Source: Paraspadella gotoi (lineage: Eukaryota > Animalia > Chaetognatha). Taken from it: DNA of 64,000 nt. The stretch lies in NCBI GenBank assembly GCA_051294375.1, contig CM119263.1:6549645-6613644 (forward strand), written 5' to 3'. Made by a program: the position numbers and the translations under genes. Within the stretch, counting starts at the first letter, position 1, and each line of letters starts with the position of its first letter. Under the pieces are notes generated by a model, which ran no database searches, was not told where the DNA came from, and saw only the letters and a program-made list of their open reading frames with translations. This document shows positions 37,576-53,844 of this stretch, piece after piece.

Positions 37576-39035
37576 ATGGGATCGAAGTTTTTTGATTCGG
37601 ACCGACTGTTGACGTTTCTCATAATCGCGGCATCGACGACGACGACGACGACTTCCTCTTCGCCGTCGAACCGCTCCATCTACTCCGTTTCCTGCGAGGG
37701 ATGGCGCAACCTTTGCGTAAACGTGCGTCGGACTCGAGTCCCCACGGCGCGCGTCAACTCCTCCGTCGTCATCGACTGCCTCGACGGCTTCTCGCGGACG
37801 GGGTTCCCCGCTGACGCCGAGTTCGTCGTCAACGGTTGGAGGTTCGATTCCAACGCGTCACACTTCGTCGACGAAGACGGCCAGCTGCATCTTGGTAAGG
37901 AGCCTTTTCCGAGGCCCCGAGATTTAGAGGCCATGGATGCCATAAATCGGGAGGTGGGGACAGGGAAGGTGACGAGGTATCAGAAATCTGGGACGTTGCG
38001 CCTCAAGAGTATTACTGAAAAAATTGGAAATACGAAAGGCGAAAGACGAAGACCGAAAGACTATCTAGGAAAAAAGTATATCACATAATTCATTTACTCA
38101 ATAAAAAGTATACAAAATATGGGTAAAAATTCTCAATATTTAGTATGCCCTTTTTCAGCATCGACAATTGCTTGCATTTGTCTGGGTATTCTCTCATACA
38201 TCAAATTGAGGTATGACAGTGAAATGTTATTCCACATCTTTAACGCAATTCTTTTCAGCCCCGATATTTACGTTATACGTCTTTCCCTTTTTTCTGAAAG
38301 CTATAATAATACTTTTTTGAACCAAAAAAAGGTGCAAGGTCTTTTGCATTTCCAAATTAAAAAAAAAATAAAAAAAACTAACTCTATTCAAAATAAAAAC
38401 AAATAATTAAAAATATTAAAAAATTAAATATAATTTTTTTAATTATTTTTTATTTGAAGTAACAATAGTTTTTGCCTGTAACTTTTAAACGATTTGACCT
38501 ACAAAAAAATGGAAGGAAATTCAATGTAGATTCAAAAACATTCTATTTTTTTTAAATAAAATAAATTATCGAGTAGATATTCTTGATTAAAAATGTGATA
38601 TACTTTTTTCCTAGATAGTACTATCTCGACGTATCTCTCTTGACCTCCCCCCGTTCAACCCCTGCCCCTTTTTTCGCGTCAACAGAAAACCTCGCGGTCA
38701 ACGATTCCGGCGTCTACACGTGCGACGTGGGCGCGCCCTTCGCCAACGCGTCGGCATCAATTTCATGGCCTCTCAAAGTCTACGTCGTAGAAAACGATTG
38801 GACAGAGTTGGCGGTGATTTGGGGCGCGGCCGGCGCCCTCTGTCTCCTCTTCATGGGAGGGGCCTTTCTTCAAAACATTACCCAGCCGGGGGTCTCGGGT
38901 TCATGTCAAGGGCGTGGCGCTCGGAACCGCGTCAGGCCGGCGACGGAAGACAGCGTCGCGTGGCGACGTGGGTCTGGTCCAGACTCTGGATATCGGCGCG
39001 TGGGTCAGACGGATTACGGGAGCATCGAAAGATGA
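37576..39035 (+). CDS. Single-Ig-domain type I membrane protein, 2 exons, ~222 aa
   Basis: Exons 37576-37894 (CTTG|gtaagg) and 38686-39035 (aacag|AA) join at phase 1 to give VVIDC...GW...GQLHLENLAVNDSGVYTCDV, the Ig B/C/E/F-strand pattern. A hydrophobic N-terminus, several NxS/T sequons and a TM helix (LAVIWGAAGALCLLFMGGAFL) precede a short tail. Confidence 0.85.
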
Positions 39036-39159
39036 CGGCGGCGAAGACGACGACTTTGAAAAAGACGATCGCAAATTCTTTTTCAAGATATTTTTTCAAA
39101 GTCCTCAGAGTTCTTCTTTTTTCCCCACTTCCTCCCTCGTCCTCGTTTCCTTTTTCTAT

Positions 39160-39560
39160 TATTCCTCCCTTCCTCCTTTCCTCCTATCTCTTCGTCCCTT
39201 CTATTCCTTCCTTTCTCCTATTCCTCCTTTCCTCCTAATCCTCCGTCCTTTCTATTCCTTCCTTTCTCCTATTCCTTCCTTCTCCTATTCCTTCCTTTTT
39301 TCTATTCCTTCGTCCTTTCTATTCCTTCCTTCTCATATTCCTCCTTTCCTCCTATTCCTTTGTCCCTTCTATTCCTTCCTTNNNNNNNNNNCTTCCTTTC
39401 TCCTATTCCTTTGTCCCTTCTATTCCTTCCTTCTCCTATTCCTCCTTTCCTCCTATTCCTTCGTCCCTTCTATTCCTTCCTTTCTCCCATTCCTTCCTTT
39501 CTCCTATTCCTTTGTCCCTTCTATTTCTTCCTTTCTCCTATTCCTCCTTTCCTCCTTTGC
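39160..39560. repeat. CT-rich minisatellite (CTATTCCTTCCTTTCTC-based units)
   Basis: Recurrent TTCTATTCCTTCCTTTCTCCTATTCCTCCTTTCCTCC units spanning a 10-N gap at 39382-39391. Confidence 0.85.
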
Positions 39561-40333
39561 TTTTTCCAAAGCTTCCACTCCAAAAATACTTATTAATTCT
39601 CCACGATTCTTCGAGAATAAAAAAACGAATAAACAAATCAACAAATCAATTTTACAAATTTCATATAAATCACAAAAAACACTTTTCTAACAAAAGCGCA
39701 ACTTGTGGTTTTTTGTTATTTCATGTTAGCGATTATGATATCTCGTTTTAGAACGAGATTCTATTCTATACAGACGTAACTTTTATTTTTTCGCTTTAAC
39801 TGCCGACTGGCAACAACTACAACGACAACAAGGACTTTCCCCTGATCAACTAAAGTCTTAACACAGTAAAGACTTAGCACAATGAACACTCAAGACGCTG
39901 CTTACTCTGTTTTTTTTTTTTTTTTTTTTTTTTTTTTATTTATTCTAAGCGGTTTTATAAAAAATTCATCAACGGGGTCCCCTTAAATAATTCATTGTTT
40001 AGGAAAGAGTGAAAAACTCGTGGGCGATTGGTGAGCCGTGCCGCCTCTGTTGGCGACCGCGACCCGGATGTGAGAAAGAAAACTGTGAATAAAAATAAGG
40101 AATGAATGAAAAAATTAAAAGAAAATAAAAGAAAGCGTGTGAATTGTTAATGAATTAGTCGTGAAAAAGCGGAGAAGAAAAAAAAGAAAATACAACCTAC
40201 TTAAAAGTCTTCACTTCACAAAAAAAAAATAAATAAATCCTCGCGCGTTCGTCACGCGACGACGCCGAAGCCGTTGGGCACGTGGCCGTTTTTTAGCGCC
40301 GGTTTAAGGTGGGCGTGGTCGGAGGGCGTCTCC

Positions 40334-43244
<2,911 letters not shown>

Positions 43245-43642
43245 GGTCGACGTGGTGGGTGGGGAGTGGGTTTGTCACGAGTCGGTTAAGGGGAGAGGCG
43301 ATTGACCGTCTTGTTCGAAGATTTTCTTAGATTTCCTTGATTTCCTAATTATAGCTTTATTATTTCTTTATCATCGCTTCAGCCTTCGAGTATAGTATTG
43401 TGGCTTATTCTCTGTCATACTCATACTTATACTTCGCATCGTTTAAAAAATATGAAGTTTTTTACTAGTCTTCATTTTTTAAAAATTATGTTCGTTTCCT
43501 CCCAGTAAAAAAAAATGTGTTACAGTATTGAACGACGTACGAGAATTTTGTGTGTAGCAACAGTTTTGACACGATTGGGCGGATTTTATGTAGCAACAGG
43601 TTCGAGAAGGTTACATGTCCAAGGCGATCTCTCTTTATCTCT

Positions 43643-43679
<37 letters not shown>

Positions 43680-43782
43680 CTCTCTCTCTCTCTGCTCTAT
43701 TTTCTATTTTCTCCTCTTTTCCCCCCTTTCGTGTTGGCTATTTTACGAACGGAGAAAAGGGAGAGAGGTGGAGAGATGATAG

Positions 43783-43816
<34 letters not shown>

Positions 43817-44377
43817 TATAACTTTTTTCCAAGGTCGAAACCACGTTCCTCTCCCAAATCTCCGAAAGGCGACAGAATTATCCCAAGAGATTTTTTTTTA
43901 AATTTTCCTCACCTAAATTTTTTTCTAAATTTTACCAACAATATTTTGGGAAGAAACAAACTGAATATCATTTAAACGATATAACCGCCAAAAAGAGAGA
44001 GTCAGGTGGGGGGAGACAGGGAAAGATACAGAGAGACAAAAATAAATTAAAAATAGGCCAATCGAAATGAAAACAGAGACCTTCTGTGCCCTAAGAAAAA
44101 GAAAAGAAAATGGAAAAAGAAAATACAATTTTTTTCGGAGGAAGCACGAGAGGTCGATGCGTCCTCCGGAAGAGAAGAGAGGAGATGAGGAGGGAGAGAG
44201 AGATGAGAGAAGAGAGAGAGGGCTGTTTAGATGAGGACGAGACGAGAGAGAGATCGTGGAAAGAGCCGACGAGATGAGAGAGAGAGAGCATCCGAGGAAA
44301 TAAAAATAGACGGACTCGAAAAGCAGCTAGTATCGAACCTCGCTTACGGGAGGGGAAAAAAGGCGAGGAAGAGAGGG

Positions 44378-44439
<62 letters not shown>

Positions 44440-46722
44440 GTCAATAAACCTCAAGACTGAAAACTCAAATGAAGATCTGTCTTTTTATCCTTGATTAATG
44501 ATTATTCTTAACCATGTTATACGCTTAAAGAAAACAAGACTTGATGATTAATTTAGATTCTCTTTACTAATAGATGAAAGGATTTTAATGCTTTAATTAC
44601 TTTCTCAATTCGCGCAAGCATTTTCATTTGATAACGTGACTCCAAAACTATGTAAAAAAAAATGATACCTCAATTGTCTGCCAAATATTAACTAAAACCA
44701 ATCAGTATTACATTGAATTTTTGGTCTTGTTATCTCATTTTTCGGTAATCACGTGACTGCTCAAGTATGAAACATTTGCACATAAAACATTGCTGGGTAC
44801 ATTACCTTTCTATTAAGTATTAACCAAATTGATATAGTATTACGGGACGTATTGGTTTTTAAAACATAAGTGGAGTACTTCCGGCGTTAAAATTTTGGGG
44901 GAAATAAACGTGTTTATTTCAATCAAGCCGCGACGTTAATATTTAATATTAAATAAATGTTTAATTAATATTTAAATTAGATTTATTTCTCCACTCCGGT
45001 TTCACTTACTGACTGTCCCGTTGGCGTCGTCTTTTTCGAACTTCCGCTACGACGTCGCCTTTGGAGCTTTAATTTTGACTTCGGCCTGATTGGTAGGAAA
45101 AAAGAGAAGGTTCGTGCGATAGGTCGATTCTATTTAAGTCATTATGTTGATTTATAACTCATTTGAAACAGAATTCCGGCCGTTTTGAAATAATTTTTTT
45201 TAGCGATTCGTAAATGGTCAAATTGGTAAATCGGCAAATCCTGTCAAATTCCGTTAAACTGTCGTTAAAGTGGCTGGTCATCCGTCATCAGTCGCTGGTC
45301 ATCCGTAATTCGGTCCGACCTAATTGTCATTAAAAATTTTAAATTCGAGTAATCGTTCAACGTTATTTCTTTGAGACTAAATCCTCCTCTTGACGTCAGC
45401 GGACGTGAGTCTCAAAAGCATGGTTTTCTTAATTTTCTCTTTAAAGACTTTAATACCCGTCGTCGGTACGAGAGGCGTTTCCTGCTTCGTCACTCTTTCA
45501 AAGGAAAAAAAAATCCCGGAAATTAAAAATTTTCATGAATATTAAAAAAAAAACTTTGAAATAAAGAAAAAAGTTAAAACCTTTTTTGTTCGTGTCTAAG
45601 TCGCGGTGAGGGAATTCCATTTTTTTTTCTAGAAAACACTTTATGTCTGATGATTAACCAATTACATTAAAATACAGCAGGAATAAAATATAAAGCGTTT
45701 GAGGTTTTCACAGATAATGAACTGAGAAAAGAACTGTGATGAAGGAAAGCGATTTTTCAAAAAATGAGGGAGAGGAAAATGAAATAATAAAATATATAAT
45801 ATATATATATATATAGAATAGTGAATTTCTGATACAAGTTGACAAACAAATAATAACAATAATAATAATAATAATAATAATAATNNNNNNNNNNNNNNNN
45901 NNNNNNNNNNNNNNNNNNNNNNNNNNNNNNNNNNNNNNNNNNNNNNNNNNNNNNNNNNNNNNNNNNNNNNNNNNNNNNNNNNNNNNNNNNNNNNNNNNNN
46001 NNNNNNNNNNNNNNNNNNNNNNNNNNNNNNNNNNNNNNNNNNNNNNNNNNNNNNNNNNNNNNNNNNNNNNNNNNNNNNNNNNNNNNNNNNNNNNNNNNNT
46101 TCTTCATTATTTTCACCCTGGACTGCCTTGAAAAATGATTCGTCCATAATAATACAAATATTGGCAAATAAAAATAAGAATACACTTGTTTCCTACTACG
46201 AATTGCTTTATACTAAACCATTTCCCCCCATTTCATTTTTTAAATAACCATCTCGGCTTTCGTTCGTTCTTTTAGACTTTAGTTTAGTGCACTTTTCATG
46301 GATTGGCGATTCATTTGACCATGATCACTGATCAGTCCGTCCTTCAGTCAGCCCACGAATTCTAATTCACTTTTTATCAAAAGAAAAAGAAAAGAAAAGA
46401 AAACTCCCCTCGACCCGAGTGAGAGAGTTCGAAGATTCCGTCTCATGTCCCATAGAATTTCTTTGATCAATAGAATGACCTCGAGTCTTATTTTCTTAAT
46501 GATGTGCGAAATCTCAGTTGTCCCTCCAAAACAAAACCTAATAACACAATAGATTTGGACCTCGTTGCCATTTAAATAAATCGACGTTGACATTCAGTTG
46601 TCCAGTTAATGGTACTAGCCATACCATTCGATTAAATCGACTTTGCCATTTGATTAAATCGACTTAAATCGACTTAAATCGAGTCGTCGCCTCAGACATC
46701 GTTCCAAGTGCGATCGTCCTCA

Positions 46723-46753
<31 letters not shown>

Positions 46754-47590
46754 NNNNNNNNNNNNNNNNNNNNNNNNNNNNNNNNNNNNNNNNNNNNNNN
46801 NNNNNNNNNNNNNNNNNNNNNNNNNNNNNNNNNNNNNNNNNNNNNNNNNNNNNNNNNNNNNNNNNNNNNNNNNNNNNNNNNNNNNNNNNNNNNNNNNNNN
46901 NNNNNNNNNNNNNNNNNNNNNNNNNNNNNNNNNNNNNNNNNNNNNNNNNNNNNNNNNNNNNNNNNNNNNNNNNNNNNNNNNNNNNNNNNNNNNNNNNNNN
47001 NNNNNNNNNNNNNNNNNNNNNNNNNNNNNNNNNNNNNNNNNNNNNNNNNNNNNNNNNNNNNNNNNNNNNNNNNNNNNNNNNNNNNNNNNNNNNNNNNNNN
47101 NNNNNNNNNNNNNNNNNNNNNNNNNNNNNNNNNNNNNNNNNNNNNNNNNNNNNNNNNNNNNNNNNNNNNNNNNNNNNNNNNNNNNNNNNNNNNNNNNNNN
47201 NNNNNNNNNNNNNNNNNNNNNNNNNNNNNNNNNNNNNNNNNNNNNNNNNNNNNNNNNNNNNNNNNNNNNNNNNNNNNNNNNNNNNNNNNNNNNNNNNNNN
47301 NNNNNNNNNNNNNNNNNNNNNNNNNNNNNNNNNNNNNNNNNNNNNNNNNNNNNNNNNNNNNNNNNNNNNNNNNNNNNNNNNNNNNNNNNNNNNNNNNNNN
47401 NNNNNNNNNNNNNNNNNNNNNNNATCGCCTCAATGCAATTCGTAAGAAGGCACAAACGTAACCACCGCTCCTTCGACCGAACGGCGGCCAAGCGCGTAGC
47501 GTGGCAAAGAGCTACGCAACGCAGCGTGGAAAATCGCCCTGTCACCAACTCCGTCAATCGGCGACTGAGAACCAAATTAGCTTCGTTTAC

Positions 47591-47627
47591 CTTTGAGTCT
47601 AAATCCTTCGTTTTCTGTCAGAAAATT

Positions 47628-47658
<31 letters not shown>

Positions 47659-47865
47659 ATCGCCCTTCTCCTCTTCCCCCTTCTCCTCGACTTCCGGTTC
47701 AAAGCGGCGGATTTGAGTCTCGAGCGACGCCGTTCGAAAACCACGCCGGTTCTGGGCGGCGGAGAGACGGCGTCGGAAAAATCCCCGGACGCGACGCCGG
47801 AAGTCAAGAAAGAGCGCCTCCGGACGGCGGACCAACATCCGGGAGTTTTGGAGGAGGCAAAACCT

Positions 47866-47896
<31 letters not shown>

Positions 47897-48500
47897 TGCG
47901 AAAACCTATTCTTGTCATCGGACGACCGACCACATCGGTTTCGCCGCTGGAACCGCCGACGCCGTCGTCCGAGAGAGGGCGCTTCGCTAAAGTGACGTCG
48001 TCGTCGTTCGTCAAACGCTCATCGTCGTCGTCTTTGGCGCTAAACATTGGCGCCGTTTTTTGGACGCCGCGTCTCAAAGTCGTCCGCGTTTTTGGTCTCG
48101 ACAATCGCGAGGCCGACTTCGACGCCGGTCTCGATTCTCTTTCCATTTTATATCCGACCCTCTGGGTAACGGCGCCGCTTAGGAACCCGTCGGGCGCCTT
48201 TCTGATGCTGATTTTGTTGAGAGTGTTGTTGTTCTCCCGCCGCGGCGCTCTCCGAGGTCGGGCGTAATTCTGTTGTTGATGTTGCCGCTGCGGGTGAAAC
48301 TGTTGCTGATGTTGCTGCAGGCGCCGCGTGTCGAGTGGCCGCTGACGCCACGGAGGATCTCCTGCAGCGTCGTCGTCGTCGTCGTCGTAGTCGGCCTCGT
48401 GAAAACTGACGTGGCGCCGAAACTCGTCCCTCGTCGACGCCGTAGACGAAGGATCGTTGAGGCAGAAGATGCTGCTGAAGAGTCCCTTGAAGCAACTCAT
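47591..48500 (-). CDS. Large first exon of an unknown, probably disordered protein (Gln-, Asp- and Arg-rich)
   Basis: 303 GC-rich codons from MSCFKGLFSSIFCL to a candidate phase-1 donor (AAAG|gtaaac) at 47591. A possible C-terminus DDDDEDDRTWNDV* lies at 46753-46692, beyond the N gap. Confidence 0.55.
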
Positions 48501-49950
48501 GGTGGGGGTGTTGCGTAGGGATGAGGCGGAGTCGTTGGAAGTTGAAAATGTTGTATCGTGTATGAGGGAGTGTTAAGATAATTATATCGCGAAATTGAAA
48601 ATGGTGGCAGTTGTTTATATATTCAGATTTTTAAATGCGAAATAGTATCTAAATATTTAACAATAATAATTCATTAAAAACACCGGCAATAAAAATAAAT
48701 ACTTCATTCATATTAAAAACTAGTTTGTTTACAAATTTGTAAATTAAAATATCTTGGATTGTTTCTTCTTAAAAATAGGATATCTGAAGTACTTAAATAA
48801 GAGCTGAAAATCGAATTGGTTTTCGTCAGAGATGAATTCGTGTCGGAGCTTTCCATCAGTTGAAATTTCAACTTTGAGGTGAAGATATTTTTTCTTTCCC
48901 GTTTCCAGGTTTTTTCTCCGTGGGAACATTTGGCCTTGGATGGGATCAGAGATCAACTAACATGCGCTGTTATCATAAAAAAAATACTTGGAAGTCGACA
49001 CCAAAAAGTAGAAAAAGTAACGCCTGAACAAGTAAATATTTATGATGACAAATGGACTTTGTAGAAACCTTTTCAATGCTACTGTAAAAGTACGAACTTA
49101 TGCGGCCCATTAAATTTTCTTTTGTTTTGTTTAATGATATGTCCTAATTTTAAATTTATAAAAATTAACTTATTTACTATATAAAAAAAGAGCTTCTGCC
49201 AAACAAAACCAATTTCATACTTTTCGGACCAAATTTGAGTTTGCGTGTTTTCTTTTTAGCATCGGAGACCATAAGTAGATTAGTAGACGTCGTTAATGAA
49301 AACCAGATGATGACAAAGTGTGGACAAAGCCATTGTGGCTCACGAACATTTAAGTCTAAATATGTATGGTTATTAAGTTGGGCCAAAATCAAACACTTTT
49401 TACAACCTTAAGTTCTCCCAAATAGATTTTCATATACCTACTACCACTATGTAAACCATTATGTTGTTACAGTGACGCATTTAAATATTAATTAAAATAA
49501 AATCTAACTAAAATTGTTTTCATAACTTTAAATTATGGTAAAGTTAAATAAAAGTTATTTCTTTCATTTTTTTAAAATTTTGACTATAACTGAGTCATGA
49601 ATAAAAAAAAGTTATGCAACTTTTTAGGCTTTATTAGTCTTTATATTAATAGAATATTTTCAAAGTCTTCAAAATATATATATATATATATATTATATTT
49701 ATATGTTTACAAAATATAGGTTTCAAACTGTTCCGCCCTACTGGTTATATTCGATTCTTCAAAGCGTCATCTTAACACAGGTCCATTTCCTTAGACATTG
49801 TCCTTAAAAAGCGAAGTTTAATTTTCAATATAAACGAAAAACAAATATGAAATCGAGAAAATTTAAAGATTTAAACGAAAAATCAGAGTAATCCAATGAT
49901 CACGGTTTCGCATCGCTTTAAAGTATTTTTTGTTGATCAACACTCTCTCT

Positions 49951-49987
<37 letters not shown>

Positions 49988-50199
49988 TCTCTCTCTGAAA
50001 AATCATAAAGAGTCGGGTAGAAATATAACATCCGTCATAAATGATCTCATTTCGGTCGTCAGGTCAAGTCACGCGAGGTCACGTCACGCACTAGGGTCAA
50101 GCGTCACGCAGTGGGGTCAAGCGACACGCGATGCTCCGCCTCAAAAAAAATATGGATTTTTGGAATCGCTTCCGGTCAGGGACACGGGGTAGCGAGTGG

Positions 50200-50283
<84 letters not shown>

Positions 50284-52323
50284 GTCCTCTTTCAGATTCC
50301 GCGTTTTTTGAACGGGTTTTGAACGAAACAGGCTCGATGATGAATTTTCATCTCGATGGTCACCTCAGACTAAAAGTCCTAGAAAACTCAGGAAAAATGG
50401 AATTATTTGTCAGCAAAGTCAAAACTATGTAAAAGATTAAACATTCTAGATTGAATTAGGTTTTACAATTAATTTCCGCCTTTTTTAATAAAATTACGAA
50501 GCAGTTAAGTGCATTCGATAACTCATTCTTTAATTTATGTTATCATTCTTCAGTTAATTTAAGTTTACGTACAAATTTTCAAAAATGACTTCGCGAAACG
50601 GTGTAACGAGGACTATTATTATACAATTGAAACGTTATATCACAGACCAGGTTTGCTTCTTTATGGAATGTAATTGAATATTGGTTGCATCAATGGAGAA
50701 CGTCGAATTTTCTCTCATTTCCCTTTCTCATCTTCAGTCTTTGTTCATTTCATTTCATTTTATTTCATTTCTTTCATTTTCCTTTTTTTTCTTCCCCCCT
50801 TTTCAATTCTTTTCCAACGAGAAAGCCTTTCCATTTTCTAACTTCTCGCGTCTGTCAAAAACAAAAACTTTTTTTTTCTCTTTTGAGGCAGAAAAATCGA
50901 ATCGCTAAAAAATCAAACTCGAAAACTGAGGAAGGCGAGATAACGATCAAAGGGTGAGGACTGGTTTCTTTGTAAGGAAAGGGTGTCAAAGAAAATACCA
51001 GGCGTTGCTCACAGAATGGCGCGCGCGATTCTCCCCACCTCACTCTTCTCAAAACGGAACTCGCTTTCATCTCCCACGCCTACGCGGGAGAAATGCACCA
51101 ATTAGAGGTCTCGTCACAAACTCGTAGCCAACCGTGATGGAAATCCTCTGGACATCTCAATCTACTTGAATCAGTCGCCATTCTTCCCGCACTTTTTATA
51201 TCAGCAAAACAGGTAGAGGCCGAATCTATTACATCTCATTTACTTGTTCGCCTGGAGCTTCCGGGCTTTTTTACAATATGAACTGGGCTTTCAGGTAATC
51301 AAAGCAGTCATTAAAAAAAATATGTTTTCACGTCTGTTTTCATATAATTTAAATTGTGTGACGTCTAAAACTAAAATTTTAAAAACCATTTTTCCCACCG
51401 CCCTTTTTATTGTACTTAGTACTACTCGAAGGTTTTTACGAAAATTGGATTGCAATTTTCGCGGATGTCGCGTTCAGTAACATCTCCCCTACTGCGGACT
51501 TTTTCTACTGTAATATCAGAGAGTGCTGAAGGCAAAAAGCTCGCTCTCACGGCCTAAATTTTCTTCATGTCACTGTGAAGGCTTCACATCATGCCAATCC
51601 ACGACAAACAAATATAGCTATTTATGTGCGCTGCTTCATGACCTCATATTCGCTTACGTTTGGCAGTTTCCACCACCGCATTCCATTCAAACTGTGTCAG
51701 TTTACGTTTTTTAGAATTAAAATTTCTAAAGTGTTCTGGAATATGAGCGAATAAAGTCATTTACCAGTCACATCGTTTAGAAATTTTATATCGCCTTGTA
51801 AAATACCTGCATCTTCTAAACTAATTTTTTTTCTGAGAAGTGCGGATTTGGAACCAAGACTAACGCCTTATTTCCCTTACTATTGCTTTACCATCTAAGT
51901 TAGTTTATTGGATACCTGCGTCTGATGAAGAATGACGCTCATTTGTTAGTAGTTTGTTTAAAGTACGTATCGAGAAGAAAAAATTTTACTTTCATAAATT
52001 TATTTACGCAGCGTATCTATTGCATTTGCGAATGGAATTTTTAAGAAATTAGTCGAGATTCCAGGAAGTAAACCTTAAATTTTTTTTTCATAGTCGGTCC
52101 GATAGATCAAATACAGAGTAATGGAATTGTTGTCCGTTAAAAAACCCTCCCTGTTGAATTTTATTACGAAAAATTGTTGTTGATTCTTGATAGTATATAT
52201 TAACTTGTCCGATGCAAAATTTTTTTTCCCAAATTAAAAAAATAATAAATTAAGTTTTTTTTCATCTATCCTGGGGATATATCTTATCTTTCAAGACCAG
52301 TAAACTAAAAATCCTTTACGACG

Positions 52324-53110
52324 ATGTACCTTGATGTATTATCTGAAACGCCGAAGGCGAAACGAGTCCTACACCCTTGGGACAAAGTCGATCCTCAAGA
52401 AATCCCACCAAATCTCCGCCCATACGCCGGCGCGTTTCCCCCGGACGACAAAATTCCTCAACTCGTCACCGAGCGTACCGTCAAAGAAGACGGTTCGGAC
52501 CTTGGCCAAACGCAAGCCCGTCGCCAAAAGTCTGGTAACCATGAGCGAAGGGGTCGACGGGCGGACCCTTGGGGAAGAATCGACGAAGGAGATACCCAAT
52601 AGGACCGGGGGATTGGATTCGAGGACGAATTTCGTCGCGGGGGCCACCGCCCCACTCCCTCTCCGCCATTAACATTTAATTCTCGCGTTCACGATGATTC
52701 TCGTCCGACGAGAGAACCAAAAACGAACGACGCTTTCCTTTGGTTTCCTCCCTCACTCCGTTGCGCGATCCCCCGAACGCCCTTGTCCTCGAAGAGTACG
52801 TCGCTCGATTGGAGGCCCGGTTGATACGGATCAAAAGTGCGGGAAGGGCCTCTCACACCAGGCGAATAAAAATGATCATGCAACGCTCACGTCCTCGCTC
52901 GGGGTCAGAGATCACGCGTTCGCGAACTCGCCGACGCAAGCGTCGAACGAGTCTTCGTTCGACGAAAATCTCGGACTGCGAAGCAGAATCCAACTCATCC
53001 CATCACGCCCTCGTTCAAAGAATGTTCCCGGAAGCAAATCGCCCCTGCACCGGCTGAAAGAGTTTGGAATGGCTCATCAAATCACGACCAGCTCGAATTG
53101 CATCCAAGGA
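52324..53110 (+). pseudogene. Degraded coding-like fragment, possibly a Gypsy/LTR-retrotransposon integrase C-terminal relic
   Basis: Across frameshifts: TFNSRVH...REPK...EEYVARLEARL...QANKNDH...LGVRDHAF...PLHRLKEF. This loosely follows the post-integrase pattern YN..VH / FGREP / EYV..L...L / GD.V / H..RLK. Resemblance judged by eye only. Confidence 0.3.
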
Positions 53111-53405
53111 TTGCGAACGACTAACCGGAAATTTTTTTTTTTTTGTTCGTTAAATGTTCAATTACATTTTCAATAACTCTTACCGTTCTTGATGTTTCAG
53201 GATAGACCTTAGTCAATAATTTATCTGAACGTAAATTAAAACGTAATATATGTATTGTATAAATAATTAATCTTTTTTTTAAGTATTATTATTTTTCTTG
53301 GCTGTAAATTAAATTCCATTACAAATTCTCATAATAATTTTCTCGTTTTTGGTTTCAAATTAAATCCATCTGTCCCACATTTAACATCCTGTTCATCAAC
53401 CATAC

Positions 53406-53844
53406 CTGTATATCTTGTCTCAGATATGAATAATTGGCTCAAAGAACAAACATGCTAATCGGAAGCGATCCACGCTTTCTTTCCAGTTTTCAATCGGCAC
53501 AAGTGCTTGCACTGCTCATCCACCTTCAATGGGTGTTTTTGAACGGAAGAACCTTCCGGGCGTCGGCACTGGAAAACGGGAAGGAATACGCCGAAAAGCC
53601 GGCATGCCTATAATTTACGGCCCGAAACTGATAGAGAATTTAATTCCTGCGCCAACGCTTTCGTGAACGTTCTTTACAGCCGTCCACTCGGAAAACTTAC
53701 TGTTCATGAAAAGTTGTCTTAACGATCCCGCTCTCAAAAGTAGACGTTGGCCAGCAGTCCCGGAAGTCTTTTACTCGAAGAACTTGCGCGAATGCCTACA
53801 TGACGTCGGTTTTTGCCTGGATGGCAATCATCTACGGCCCAATA
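53406..53844 (-). pseudogene. Degraded THAP-domain-like fragment (possible DNA-transposon relic)
   Basis: YWAVDDC... | intron gtaagt(53700)...tatag(53608) | ...AYSFP...KHLCRLKTGKKAWIASD*HVCS...FIS, resembling the THAP C-x-V-x-x-C / FP / W / CS-x-HF layout, with stops and frameshifts. Confidence 0.3.

Noticed and set aside
45662-47575. Long ORFs spanning X runs
   Set aside because: They are open only because of the N gaps at 45885-46099 and 46754-47423.
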